From an uncultured Chloroflexia bacterium (GTDB lineage: Bacteria; Chloroflexota; Limnocylindria; Limnocylindrales; CSP1-4), in assembly GCA_963713975.1 (NCBI GenBank), contig OY970218.1, forward strand, positions 288,001 to 352,000: a DNA stretch of 64,000 nt, given 5' to 3'. Below are positions 38,240 to 47,265 of this stretch, one piece after another. A model generated the notes under the pieces. It made no database searches, was not told the DNA's origin, and was given only the letters and a program-made list of their open reading frames with translations. Each line of letters starts with the position of its first letter. The stretch's first letter is position 1. The translations under genes and the position numbers were made by a program.

Positions 38240-39487
38240 TTGCGATTCGAAGAGCTGGGGCTCTCAGCCGACCTCCTGCGCACTGTCATCGAGGAGGGCT
38301 ACACGGAGCCGACGCCCGTCCAGGAACGGGCCATCCCCTTGGTTCTCGGGGGTCGGGACGTCCTCGCCGCCGCCCAGACGGGCACCGGCAAGACGGCCGC
38401 CTTCACCCTCCCCATCCTCGACCGCCTGCGCCCGTACGCGAACACTTCGTTCTCGCCCGCGCGCCATCCGGTCCGCTGCCTCGTCCTGACCCCCACGCGA
38501 GAGCTGGCGGTCCAGGTCTCGGAGGCGATCAGGACCTACGGCCGGAAGGTCCCGCTACGCGCGTCCGTCGTCTATGGCGGGGTTCCCCTCGATCCGCAGA
38601 TCAAGGAGCTGCTCGCCGGTGTGGAGATCCTGGTCGCGACCCCGGGCCGCCTCCTGGACCTCGTCGGCCAGCGCGCCGCGAACCTGACCCAGGTGGAGAT
38701 CCTCGTCCTCGACGAGGCCGATCGGATGCTGGACATGGGCTTCATGCCGGACATCCGGCGGATCCTCGACCTGCTGCCAAACCGCAAGCAGACGCTGCTC
38801 TTCTCGGCCACGTTCTCGGACGACATCAAGCGCCTCGCGGGCTCGATCCTCAACAACCCCGAGACCATCGAGGTCGCCCGCCACGGGACGGCCGCCGAGG
38901 CCGTCCGTCAGCTCGTCTACCCGGTCGATCGTGACCGCAAGGAGGAGTTGCTCGCGCACCTGATCATCGAGGGCGACTGGCGTCAGGTCCTCGTGTTCAC
39001 GCGAACCAAGCTCGCCGCGTCCCGCCTCGCCTCGTGGCTGGACCGGCACGGGGTCGCCGCCACGGCCATCCACTCGGACCGTGCCCAGTCGGATCGGACG
39101 AAGGCCCTGGAGGCGTTCAAGGCTGGCGAGATCCGGGTCCTGGTCGCGACGGACGTCGCCGCCAGGGGGCTCGACATCGAGGACCTGCCCCACGTCGTGA
39201 ACTACGAGCTGCCGTGGAACCCCGAGGACTACGTCCACCGTATCGGCCGCACCGGCCGGGCCGGAGCCACGGGCGATGCCATCAGCCTGGTCACCATCGA
39301 CGAGGCGGACCTGCTCCGCGGCGTCCAGCGGCTGCTCCAGGTCGCCATCCCGTGGGAGGTCGCGGACGGCTTCGTGCCCCGTCGTGACGCGGAGGCCCAG
39401 CCGCTGCGCGCACCGCGCGGGGCCGGTGGGTCGTCGAGCAGCGCCCGTGGGCGCTCGAGCGCACCGCGGAGCGGTCGCCGCCGCTGA
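38240..39487 (+). CDS. DEAD-box RNA helicase, RhlE-like (compact)
   Basis: [31 protein letters not shown]; [11 protein letters not shown] insert; TTG start at 38240. Confidence 0.92.
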   Translation: MRFEELGLSADLLRTVIEEGYTEPTPVQERAIPLVLGGRDVLAAAQTGTGKTAAFTLPILDRLRPYANTSFSPARHPVRCLVLTPTRELAVQVSEAIRTYGRKVPLRASVVYGGVPLDPQIKELLAGVEILVATPGRLLDLVGQRAANLTQVEILVLDEADRMLDMGFMPDIRRILDLLPNRKQTLLFSATFSDDIKRLAGSILNNPETIEVARHGTAAEAVRQLVYPVDRDRKEELLAHLIIEGDWRQVLVFTRTKLAASRLASWLDRHGVAATAIHSDRAQSDRTKALEAFKAGEIRVLVATDVAARGLDIEDLPHVVNYELPWNPEDYVHRIGRTGRAGATGDAISLVTIDEADLLRGVQRLLQVAIPWEVADGFVPRRDAEAQPLRAPRGAGGSSSSARGRSSAPRSGRRR

Positions 39488-39535
39488 GTCTCGGCCGCGG
39501 CCACCCATCCCGGTACCGAACCCGGCGCGTACCGG

Positions 39536-41008
39536 CTAGGGCGTGGTCGAGGCGGACGGTGAGGGACCCGGGAGCGGTGGGAGCACGATCTTGAGCATCG
39601 CCTCCGCGATCCGGGCCGGGTCCTGCACGCCCTGGTTCGTGAGCACCGCGATGGTCACGCCCTCCTCCGGCAGGTAGCGGGCGACGTTCCGGAAGCCCAG
39701 GAACCGGCCGGAGTGGCCCAGGGCCGGCCGACCGGCGATCGGCAGTGCCTGGATGCCCAGGCCGTATGGGATCGCGGCGCCGAGCTTGGTCGTGCGCGCG
39801 ACATCCGCCAGCATCTCCTGGTGGGTCTGGGCAGAGACCACCCCGTCCCCGCCCCAGGCCTGCATCCAGCGGGCGGCATCGAGCGCCGTCGCCGCGATCG
39901 AGCCGGCGCCGGCGGCGGCCGTCACCACGGATCGGAAGGGCATGACGTCACCCGCCGGCGCCACCGGCATATAGCGGACGCCGCCGCCGGCCCTGGCAAC
40001 CAGCCGGTAGGCCAGCGTGCCCCCCACCCGTGGCTCCTCGACGCCCTGGTACCAGGCCGTCTCGAGCCCCAGGGGATCGAGAAGCCGGTCGCGGACCTCC
40101 GTCGAGAGCGGCCGGCCCGTCACCTTGGTCACGAGCTCGCCGAGCAGGAGGTAGTTGGCGTTGGAGTAGATCCAGCGCTTGCCAGGTTTGGCGTGCTTCT
40201 TCGGCACGTACGCCCATGTCCGCTCGGCACTCCAGGCCGCATCGGGCTGCCGCTGGAGCGGCCGATCGATCCCGACGTTGAGGAAGTAGTCCCCGAGGCC
40301 GCTGGTGTGGTCGAGGAGCATCCGGACGGTGATCCGGGAGTCGAGCCCGAAGGCGGGCAGCAGCGGGGCGACCTTCTGGTCCAGCGAGAGCTGGCCCTCC
40401 TCTACCAGCTGGAGCACCACCGCCGCAGTCAGCGTCTTGGAGATCGAGGCCAGCGCGAAGGCGGTCCCGGTGGTCATCGGCTTCTCCGCGGCCATGTTCC
40501 TCATCCCGGACGCGCCCAGCCAGCGGCGACCGTCGTCCCACAGGATCGCGACCGAGACGCCGGGGATCTTGAGCTTGGTCCGGATCTTCTCGAGGCGAGC
40601 CTGGAGGGCCACCGCCGGGATCGATGGATCCGACGACGTATCGTCCGGGGGGGCCGGGGGCACATCTGTCGCGGTCGGTTGCGGGCCGGATGGTTGCGAG
40701 CCGGGCGGCGCCGTGCCGGCACCGGCGGACGGGCCGGGGCCTTCGCTGGAGGTCGTCGCCTGGCCGATGGGGGTCGGGTCCGCGGACGAGCCCGCGGCCG
40801 TTGCCGGCGACGACGAGGACGGGCTGGCCGCCACGACGGCGCCGCCCCCCTGGCCGACGCCACCGAGGAGCCCACTGATCGCGATGAGGATCGCGATCAC
40901 GACCACGGCGGCGATCACGATCCCGGCCGGGGTGCGCGCGGCCGCCGCGAGGCGGGCGCCACCGCCGCCTGCGGACCCGGGATCCCGCTCGCTGGGTGAG
41001 TTCGGCAT
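39536..41008 (-). CDS. Serine hydrolase (beta-lactamase/D-Ala-D-Ala carboxypeptidase family), membrane-anchored
   Basis: SxxK (ASISKT), LLDHTSG, YSN, GHSG; N-terminal TM and Pro/Ser linker. Confidence 0.88.
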   Translation of the reverse strand: MPNSPSERDPGSAGGGGARLAAAARTPAGIVIAAVVVIAILIAISGLLGGVGQGGGAVVAASPSSSSPATAAGSSADPTPIGQATTSSEGPGPSAGAGTAPPGSQPSGPQPTATDVPPAPPDDTSSDPSIPAVALQARLEKIRTKLKIPGVSVAILWDDGRRWLGASGMRNMAAEKPMTTGTAFALASISKTLTAAVVLQLVEEGQLSLDQKVAPLLPAFGLDSRITVRMLLDHTSGLGDYFLNVGIDRPLQRQPDAAWSAERTWAYVPKKHAKPGKRWIYSNANYLLLGELVTKVTGRPLSTEVRDRLLDPLGLETAWYQGVEEPRVGGTLAYRLVARAGGGVRYMPVAPAGDVMPFRSVVTAAAGAGSIAATALDAARWMQAWGGDGVVSAQTHQEMLADVARTTKLGAAIPYGLGIQALPIAGRPALGHSGRFLGFRNVARYLPEEGVTIAVLTNQGVQDPARIAEAMLKIVLPPLPGPSPSASTTP

Positions 41009-41085
41009 GCAGGTGAGACGATACGCTGGACAGCCCGGGAGCACCTCCGGACGCCATCGCCACCCACCGTCACGAGCCGGAGCCC

Positions 41086-42303
41086 ATGCCCGACGACCGC
41101 AGCGCCTCCAATCTGATCCGCGAGGTCGGCCTCATGGCCGATGGCCCAGTGACCTGGGGACGGCCCATCCGCCATTCCGGTCCCGGCATCTTCGTGGTGG
41201 AGCTGACGGCGCCGCTGGCCTCGGCTCCCCTGGACCTGGCGCGGGTCGGCAAGTGGCTCGAACGGGTCCCGGACCTCCGCCTGGACGGCGCCCGACCGGG
41301 GTCGAAGGACCTGCTGCATCGGCTCCGGGCGTTCTGGCTGCCCTCGCAGCAGGTCGTATTCATCGGCAGCTCGACGGGGTCCGTCTCCGGCCGCCTGTCC
41401 TCGATGGCCAAGACCGTGCCGGGTGACCGCAAGCCGGCCTGGACCGGGTTCTGGCTCCACTTCCTGCGCGACGTGCAGGAACTCCGGATCTGGTGGGCGG
41501 CGACCGATGCGCCGGAGGAGTACGAGGACGCCCTGCTCGACGCCTTCGCCGCCGGAGTCCCCGACGCCGAAAAGGCCGCGACGCACGGACCAGGGATGGC
41601 GATGCCGTGGGCCGTCCTGCGCACCCCGTCGGGGATCCGGAAGGCGACGGGGCTCGTCAACCCGCTGCTCCCCGAGGTCAAGGCCCCGCAGCCCAAGCCG
41701 GTGTCGCGGATCGTGCACCTGCCGCCCGCAGAGGCCGACGGCGCTCGCGACGAGGCCAAGCGCGGCCGGCGTCCCGCACCGGGCCGCGGGACGGGGCGCA
41801 TTGCCTCGGCGGCCGCATACGCAGCCCAGGGCTCACCCCGCAAGGTGACCGAGCCGATCATCCTCTCGCCGGAGGGCCGGGAGCGGCTCGAAGCGGAGCT
41901 GGCCGGGCTGCTGGCAGAGCGGCCGGGGGTGATCAGGCGGATCGCAACCGCGCGCGAGCACGGGGACCTCAAGGAGAATGCGGAATACCATGCCGCGCGC
42001 GAGGAGCAGGGCTTCCTCGAGGGCCGGATCAAGGCCCTCGAGGGCAAGCTGAAGATCGCCGTGGTCGTGGCACCGACGGAGCGTGGGGCAACCGTGGGCC
42101 TGGGGTCGCGCGTCCGCGTCGAGGTGGAGGGGGACGAGTCCACGATGCAGGTCGTGAGCTCCGCCGAGGCCAACTCGCGCGAGGGCCGGATCTCCAGCGT
42201 GTCACCCGTAGGCGCCGCGCTGATGGGCCGCAAGGTCGGGGACGCCGTGACGATCGTGACCCCTGGCGGCCCGATCCGGTACCAGGTGCTGGAGGTCTCC
42301 TAG
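41086..42303 (+). CDS. greA: Transcription elongation factor GreA with a ~250-aa N-terminal extension (GIY-YIG-like)
   Basis: C-terminal AREHGDLKENAEYHAAREEQ, ISSVSPVGAALMG, TPGG; one uninterrupted ORF. Confidence 0.88.
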   Translation: MPDDRSASNLIREVGLMADGPVTWGRPIRHSGPGIFVVELTAPLASAPLDLARVGKWLERVPDLRLDGARPGSKDLLHRLRAFWLPSQQVVFIGSSTGSVSGRLSSMAKTVPGDRKPAWTGFWLHFLRDVQELRIWWAATDAPEEYEDALLDAFAAGVPDAEKAATHGPGMAMPWAVLRTPSGIRKATGLVNPLLPEVKAPQPKPVSRIVHLPPAEADGARDEAKRGRRPAPGRGTGRIASAAAYAAQGSPRKVTEPIILSPEGRERLEAELAGLLAERPGVIRRIATAREHGDLKENAEYHAAREEQGFLEGRIKALEGKLKIAVVVAPTERGATVGLGSRVRVEVEGDESTMQVVSSAEANSREGRISSVSPVGAALMGRKVGDAVTIVTPGGPIRYQVLEVS

Positions 42304-43043
42304 ACGCGCGGCTGCGAGCGGTTCCGCCGGCGACCTCCGCCGAAGAAGCTGAGCACCACCATCAGCACGCCAAGGCCGATCACCGCGTAGGGCAGGATCT
42401 CGTCGAAATTCGCGATCGGGCGCCCGGACAGGCCGATCACGCCCTCGAAGAAGAGCGCAAAGCCGCAGAACAACCCGAGCCCGATCAGGGTGAGCCGCAA
42501 GCCATCCGCCACGAGCTCGCCGTCGCGATAGACCAGGCCGTACAGCAGCATGCCCAGGCCGGGACCGGTCGGAGCGACCAGCGCCCAGGCGTAGGCCCAC
42601 GTCGCGTACAGGCCCCATGCGGCCTGGGCCCAGAGCACGAGACCGACCATGGTCACGATGGCGCCGGGGATCGCGAGCCCGAGACCGCCACGCGGCGGGA
42701 TGAAGAAGGAGCCGACGAGCATCGCCACCCCGGGGACCACGATCCACAACGGCCAGGTGATGCCGTCGAAGGAGACCTCGACCACGCGCGCGACCAGGAA
42801 GGCGGCGCCGATCACGACGAGGATGACCCCGGCGACAAGGCCTGGGGGCGTGGAGCGGGCCACCCGCGCCGGCGGGGCGTACGCCGGGGCCACGCCCGGA
42901 GGAGGTACCTGACCCGGAGGAGGCACGTCGCCGGGTGGCGGGGGCGGCCCGGCCGTGCCGCTCCCATCGATCGCAGGGGCGCCCCCGGCCCGGGACTCGT
43001 CCGGGGTCGACCCTGTTCCTCCTGTCGGTTCCTGTATGGTCAT
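42300..43043 (-). CDS. Multi-pass membrane protein, LiaI/LiaF-like TM repeats
   Basis: GVILVVIGAAFL, WPLWIVVPG, WAYAWAL, PYAVIGLGVL. Confidence 0.75.
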   Translation of the reverse strand: MTIQEPTGGTGSTPDESRAGGAPAIDGSGTAGPPPPPGDVPPPGQVPPPGVAPAYAPPARVARSTPPGLVAGVILVVIGAAFLVARVVEVSFDGITWPLWIVVPGVAMLVGSFFIPPRGGLGLAIPGAIVTMVGLVLWAQAAWGLYATWAYAWALVAPTGPGLGMLLYGLVYRDGELVADGLRLTLIGLGLFCGFALFFEGVIGLSGRPIANFDEILPYAVIGLGVLMVVLSFFGGGRRRNRSQPRV

Positions 43044-43171
43044 CGGTCAACCTCCCTGCCTGGACCGATCCTACGCCGGAGCAGCGCCCCGGTCACGGCC
43101 GACGGGCGTCCTGTGCACGGGCCACCGCCGCCTGCGATGCCCCCGCTCGTGCTGAGCGGTAGAGTTGGCCG

Positions 43172-44089
43172 ATGCTGGAGGTTCGAGGGCTCACCAAACG
43201 CTACGGGACGGTCACGGCCCTCGATGCCGCCACGTTCAGCGCCAGTCGCGGCCGCCTCGTCGGGTTCCTGGGACCCAACGGCGCCGGGAAGACCACGACC
43301 ATGCGCTGCGTCTTCGGTCTGGCCACCCCGGATGCCGGGGACGTCCGGTGGGACGGCGCGGCGATCGATGCCCGCATCCGCCTCCGCTTCGGGTACATGC
43401 CGGAGCAGCGCGGCCTCTACCCACGAATGCGGGTCGCGGAGCAGCTCGCGTACTTCGGCCAGCACCACGGACTTTCCGCGCGGGACGCAGGGACGCGCGC
43501 GGTCGCGTGGCTCGAGCGATTCGGCCTCGCCGACCGCGCGAAGTCCAGGCTCGAGGATCTTTCACACGGCAACCAGCAGCGAGTCCAGCTGGCCACGGCG
43601 CTGGTGCACGATCCCGAGCTCCTTGTCCTCGACGAGCCGTTCTCCGGCCTCGATCCCCACGGCATCGCCACCATGTCAGAGGTGCTGCGCGAACGGGCGG
43701 CCGCCGGCGTGGGCGTCGTGTTCAGCTCCCACCAGCTGGACCTGGTCGAGGAGGTCTGCGAGGACGTCGTGATCATCAGCCGTGGCCGCGTCGTCGCCGA
43801 GGGCGGCATCGATGAGCTCAAGGCCGCGTCGGGCCGGCGGCACCTCGAGGTCGAGGTCGCGGGCTCAGGCGGTGCGTGGCTCACCGCGGCGAACCACCAG
43901 GTGCTGGAGCAAGACGGAGACCGGGTCAAGGTGCTCGTCGACGAGGGCGTGGACCTGGACGCGCTGCTGGTGGCGGCCAGGGAGGCCGGTGACGTGCGGC
44001 AGTTCAGCTTCGGGCCGCCGAGGCTCTCGGAGCTGTTCATGGAGGCCGTCACGGAGCCCCGGCCCGCCGCCACGGAGGGTGCCCGATGA
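43172..44089 (+). CDS. ABC-2 transporter ATP-binding protein (YhaQ/NatA-like)
   Basis: GPNGAGKTT, LSHGNQQR, LDEPFSGLDP, SSH. Confidence 0.92.
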   Translation: MLEVRGLTKRYGTVTALDAATFSASRGRLVGFLGPNGAGKTTTMRCVFGLATPDAGDVRWDGAAIDARIRLRFGYMPEQRGLYPRMRVAEQLAYFGQHHGLSARDAGTRAVAWLERFGLADRAKSRLEDLSHGNQQRVQLATALVHDPELLVLDEPFSGLDPHGIATMSEVLRERAAAGVGVVFSSHQLDLVEEVCEDVVIISRGRVVAEGGIDELKAASGRRHLEVEVAGSGGAWLTAANHQVLEQDGDRVKVLVDEGVDLDALLVAAREAGDVRQFSFGPPRLSELFMEAVTEPRPAATEGAR

Positions 44090-45243
44090 GGTCCTGGCGC
44101 GCGGTCCGCCTGGTGGCGATGCGCGAGATCCTCGAACGCGGTCGGACGCGCGGCTACATCCTGTCGCTCGTCTTCACCCTGTTCCTGCTCGCGGCGGGCT
44201 TCATCCTGCCCTCGCTCCTGCTCGTGGACCAGGCTACGAGGCTCGCCTACGTGGAGCCCGTACCGGCGGGCCTCGCTGACCAGGTGGCGACGATCGCAGA
44301 GACCTACGAGCTCAAGCTCGCGACTTCCACCGTCCGGGCCCGGGACGATGCCGTGGCCGCCCTTGAGGCGGACACCATCGATGCCGCGCTCCTGGTCCCG
44401 GCCGACCTCCTGGGCCCCGGTGAGCTCATCGTCCTCGAGGTCGCGAGCCCGCAGCTGCAGGCCGTGACGTCGGCGGCGGTCATCTCGCTCCGGGCCGGGG
44501 GGTCCGCGGGCCTGCTCGCGCCGCCCAGGGTGACAGCCATCTCGCCGCCCACCGACGAGGACATGACCGCGCTGGTCTTCGCCAACGCGGGGATCATCCT
44601 GATGTTCATCGGCATCTTCTCCTACGGCACCTGGGTCCTGACGGGCGTCGTGGAGGAGAAGCAGAGCCGCGTGGTCGAGGTGGTCCTGTCGACCGTGCGG
44701 CCGCGGGACCTGCTGATGGGCAAGGTCATCGGGATCGGTGTGCTCGCGCTGGCGCAGCTGGTGATCCTCGTGGCCGCCGGCATCGTGGTCGCCCAGTTGA
44801 GCGGGCGGCTCGCCCTGCCGCAGACCACCGCGGGCGCCGTGACGCAACTGCTCGTGTGGTTCATGCTCGGGTTCGCGCTGTACGCGACGGCCCTCGGGTT
44901 CCTGGGCTCGCTGGCCTCGCGCCAGGAGGAGGCGTCGAACGCCTCGATGCCGGTGACGATGACCGCGACGGCGTGCTACATCGCCTCGATCGTCCTGGTC
45001 CAGCAGGAGCCGGCGGGGACGCTGGCGCGGATCATGACGTTCTTCCCGCCGGCCGCGCCCATGGTGGTGCCGCTCCGCGTAGCGCTCGATGCCATCGAGC
45101 CCTGGGAGGTCGCCCTCTCGATCGCGATCATGGTGGTGTCGATCTGGCTGATGTTCGTGGTCGGGGCACGCGTCTACGCGGGCGCCGTGCTGCAGATGGG
45201 AAGCCGGATCCGGATCCGCGACGCCTGGCGCGCCCGGAGCTGA
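44086..45243 (+). CDS. ABC-2 transporter permease (YhaP/NatB-like)
   Basis: VVEEKQSRVVEVVLS, LLMGKVIG, TM helices; ATGA overlap. Confidence 0.9.
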   Translation: MRSWRAVRLVAMREILERGRTRGYILSLVFTLFLLAAGFILPSLLLVDQATRLAYVEPVPAGLADQVATIAETYELKLATSTVRARDDAVAALEADTIDAALLVPADLLGPGELIVLEVASPQLQAVTSAAVISLRAGGSAGLLAPPRVTAISPPTDEDMTALVFANAGIILMFIGIFSYGTWVLTGVVEEKQSRVVEVVLSTVRPRDLLMGKVIGIGVLALAQLVILVAAGIVVAQLSGRLALPQTTAGAVTQLLVWFMLGFALYATALGFLGSLASRQEEASNASMPVTMTATACYIASIVLVQQEPAGTLARIMTFFPPAAPMVVPLRVALDAIEPWEVALSIAIMVVSIWLMFVVGARVYAGAVLQMGSRIRIRDAWRARS

Positions 45244-45262
45244 CCATCCGCGGACGCCCCAT

Positions 45263-45910
45263 TCAGCGTCCGGTCGACTGCACCTCCGCCCAGCGGAAGC
45301 ACGCTGTCTCGTGGTCGTTCACCAGGCCGGCCGACTGCATCAGGGCGTAGCAGATCGTCGGTCCCACGAAACGGAACCCGCGAGCCCGGAGATCTCTGCT
45401 CATCGCCCGCGACCTGTCCGTTTCGGCCGGGATCTCGGCCCTGCCCTCGAACCGGTTGACGACCGGCACCCCGCCCACGAAGGACCACAGGTGGTCCACG
45501 AGGGTCAAGCCCCCGGCTTGGAGCGCGAGCGTCGCTCGGGCATTGCCGATCGCGGCGCCCACCTTGGCTCGGTTGCGGACGATCCCGGGATCGCCCAGGA
45601 GACGGTCGACATCGGCCCCGTCGAATGCCGCGACCGACGCGACGTCGAAGTCCGCGAATGCCCGCCGGTAGCCCTCGCGCTTGCGCAGGATGGTGGACCA
45701 GGACAGGCCGGCCTGGGCACCTTCGAGGATGAGCAGCTCGAACAGGTGCCGCTCGTCACGGATGGGAACGCCCCATTCCAGGTCATGGTAGGCGCGATAC
45801 CGGGCATCTGGCCCGGATCCCCACTGGCAGCGGCCGATGGTCTGTCCGGCCGGGGCCGGTATGGCTTGCGTCACGTCGCTCATGCCGGGATTCTGGACCG
45901 GATCACTCAT
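45263..45910 (-). CDS. tag: DNA-3-methyladenine glycosylase I
   Basis: RCQW, YHDLEWG, LEGAQAGLSW, GIVRNRAK, FVGPTICYA, GLVNDH...C. Confidence 0.93.
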   Translation of the reverse strand: MSDPVQNPGMSDVTQAIPAPAGQTIGRCQWGSGPDARYRAYHDLEWGVPIRDERHLFELLILEGAQAGLSWSTILRKREGYRRAFADFDVASVAAFDGADVDRLLGDPGIVRNRAKVGAAIGNARATLALQAGGLTLVDHLWSFVGGVPVVNRFEGRAEIPAETDRSRAMSRDLRARGFRFVGPTICYALMQSAGLVNDHETACFRWAEVQSTGR

Positions 45911-45997
45911 CGGCCGCTCAACTCCCGCACACGGGGCCCTTGCACCATCCGCGTATCATCCGGCCAAGATCTGGCAACCGCACCAGGGAGATCCAAC

Positions 45998-46561
45998 CTG
46001 AGCGAGCGCGATCCGTATGCGGTCGTCGGCCTCCCCGTCCATGCGAGCGCGGAGGCGATCCACGTCGCTTGTCGGGATCTCGCGCGCCGTTACCACCCGG
46101 ACGTGTCGACCTCCCCCGACGCCCAGCGCCGCATGGCCGAGATCAACGCGGCCTGCACGATCCTGCGTGATCCGGACAAGAGGGTAGCCTGGGACCAGGC
46201 CCACCTGCGCGTGCCCGGCACGGTCGTCCGTTCGCCGGCGGCTCCCGGTCAGGGCAGCGACTCGTCCGTCCCGGGCGGCCCTCCAGACGGTCCCGTCGCG
46301 TGGCGCCGGGGCCCCTTCGGCGAGGGTGGAGCCGGCCCGCCCCCGGGCCCCCGCCGCGGCTCGGTCCTGCCATTCGGCCGCCACATCGGCTGGTCCCTCG
46401 GCGAGATCGCGCGCGTGGATCCCGGCTACCTCGCCTGGCTCCGGGACCGGCGGGAGGGGACACCCTGGCGCGCAGAGATCACCGCGCTGCTCGACGGCAT
46501 GCGGCGGCCGGGAGATCCGGCTGCTGCCCCAGCGCGCCGGCGGCGCGGCCTGTTCGGCTGA
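45998..46561 (+). CDS. J-domain protein with C-terminal DUF3820/ExoX-C-like motif (start uncertain, CTG)
   Basis: DPYAVVGL, RYHPDV, MAEINAA...LRDP; C-terminal LPFGRHIGWSLGEIARVDPGYLAWL; AGGGAG precedes CTG 45998. Confidence 0.72.
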   Translation: MSERDPYAVVGLPVHASAEAIHVACRDLARRYHPDVSTSPDAQRRMAEINAACTILRDPDKRVAWDQAHLRVPGTVVRSPAAPGQGSDSSVPGGPPDGPVAWRRGPFGEGGAGPPPGPRRGSVLPFGRHIGWSLGEIARVDPGYLAWLRDRREGTPWRAEITALLDGMRRPGDPAAAPARRRRGLFG

Positions 46562-46609
46562 TCCGGCTCGCCACGCCCATCGGGCGGCCGGGCCCAGGCG
46601 ACCATCGCC

Positions 46610-47158
46610 TCAGCCCCCGACGGCCTCGACCTCGGCCAGGAAGGCCACGATCCGGTCCAGTGCCGTCTCGCGCATCGGGAGCAGCCCGTGCCCCACTTTG
46701 GGCCACGTCTCGAGGCGACCACGCACGAGCATCGGCATGGCGGCGTCCAGGAGGTCGATCCGCGCGAACGGGTCGGATGTGCCGGACAGGAGCAGCGTCG
46801 GGATCCGGATCTGCGACCAGTGCCCCGTCCGCGCCGCCGCCGTCTCGGGCGCGCCGGGACGGTGGAGAGGGTAGCTGAGGCAGACGAGTGCCGCGTACCG
46901 TCGTTGGGGCGCACCGTCGGGCCTGTCCACGCCGGCTGCAGAGAGCGAGGCGACCCGCCCGCCGAATGAGTGCCCGCCCACCACGACACCGGGCTCGTCG
47001 GGCACCTGCGCCTCGAACGCAGCGACCGCATCCTCTGCCCTGCGTCGCGGCAGCGTGAGCGCGTGCGCCTCGAAGCCTCGGGCAGAGAGGCCATCGACCC
47101 ATGGGGCCATCGACGTGGCGCTGCCGGACGCCCCATGCCCGAGATAGATCCGCAACAT
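46610..47158 (-). CDS. Alpha/beta hydrolase (KANL3/Tex30-like)
   Basis: GHGASG, GGHSFGGRVAS, LSYPLHRPG, SGTSDPF, GHGL. Confidence 0.85.
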   Translation of the reverse strand: MLRIYLGHGASGSATSMAPWVDGLSARGFEAHALTLPRRRAEDAVAAFEAQVPDEPGVVVGGHSFGGRVASLSAAGVDRPDGAPQRRYAALVCLSYPLHRPGAPETAAARTGHWSQIRIPTLLLSGTSDPFARIDLLDAAMPMLVRGRLETWPKVGHGLLPMRETALDRIVAFLAEVEAVGG

Positions 47159-47265
47159 GCGCCCACGGTACGCCACCGGCATGGCATGCTGGTACCCCGG
47201 TCCGGTGGCGGCATGGTCCCGTCGGCCCATGGCCGGTGCGCGACGACACCTCCACAATCGGGAGC

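Noticed and set aside
41493-43772. 759-aa plus-strand ORF
   Set aside because: Arg/Gly/Pro-rich off-frame translation spanning three well-supported genes
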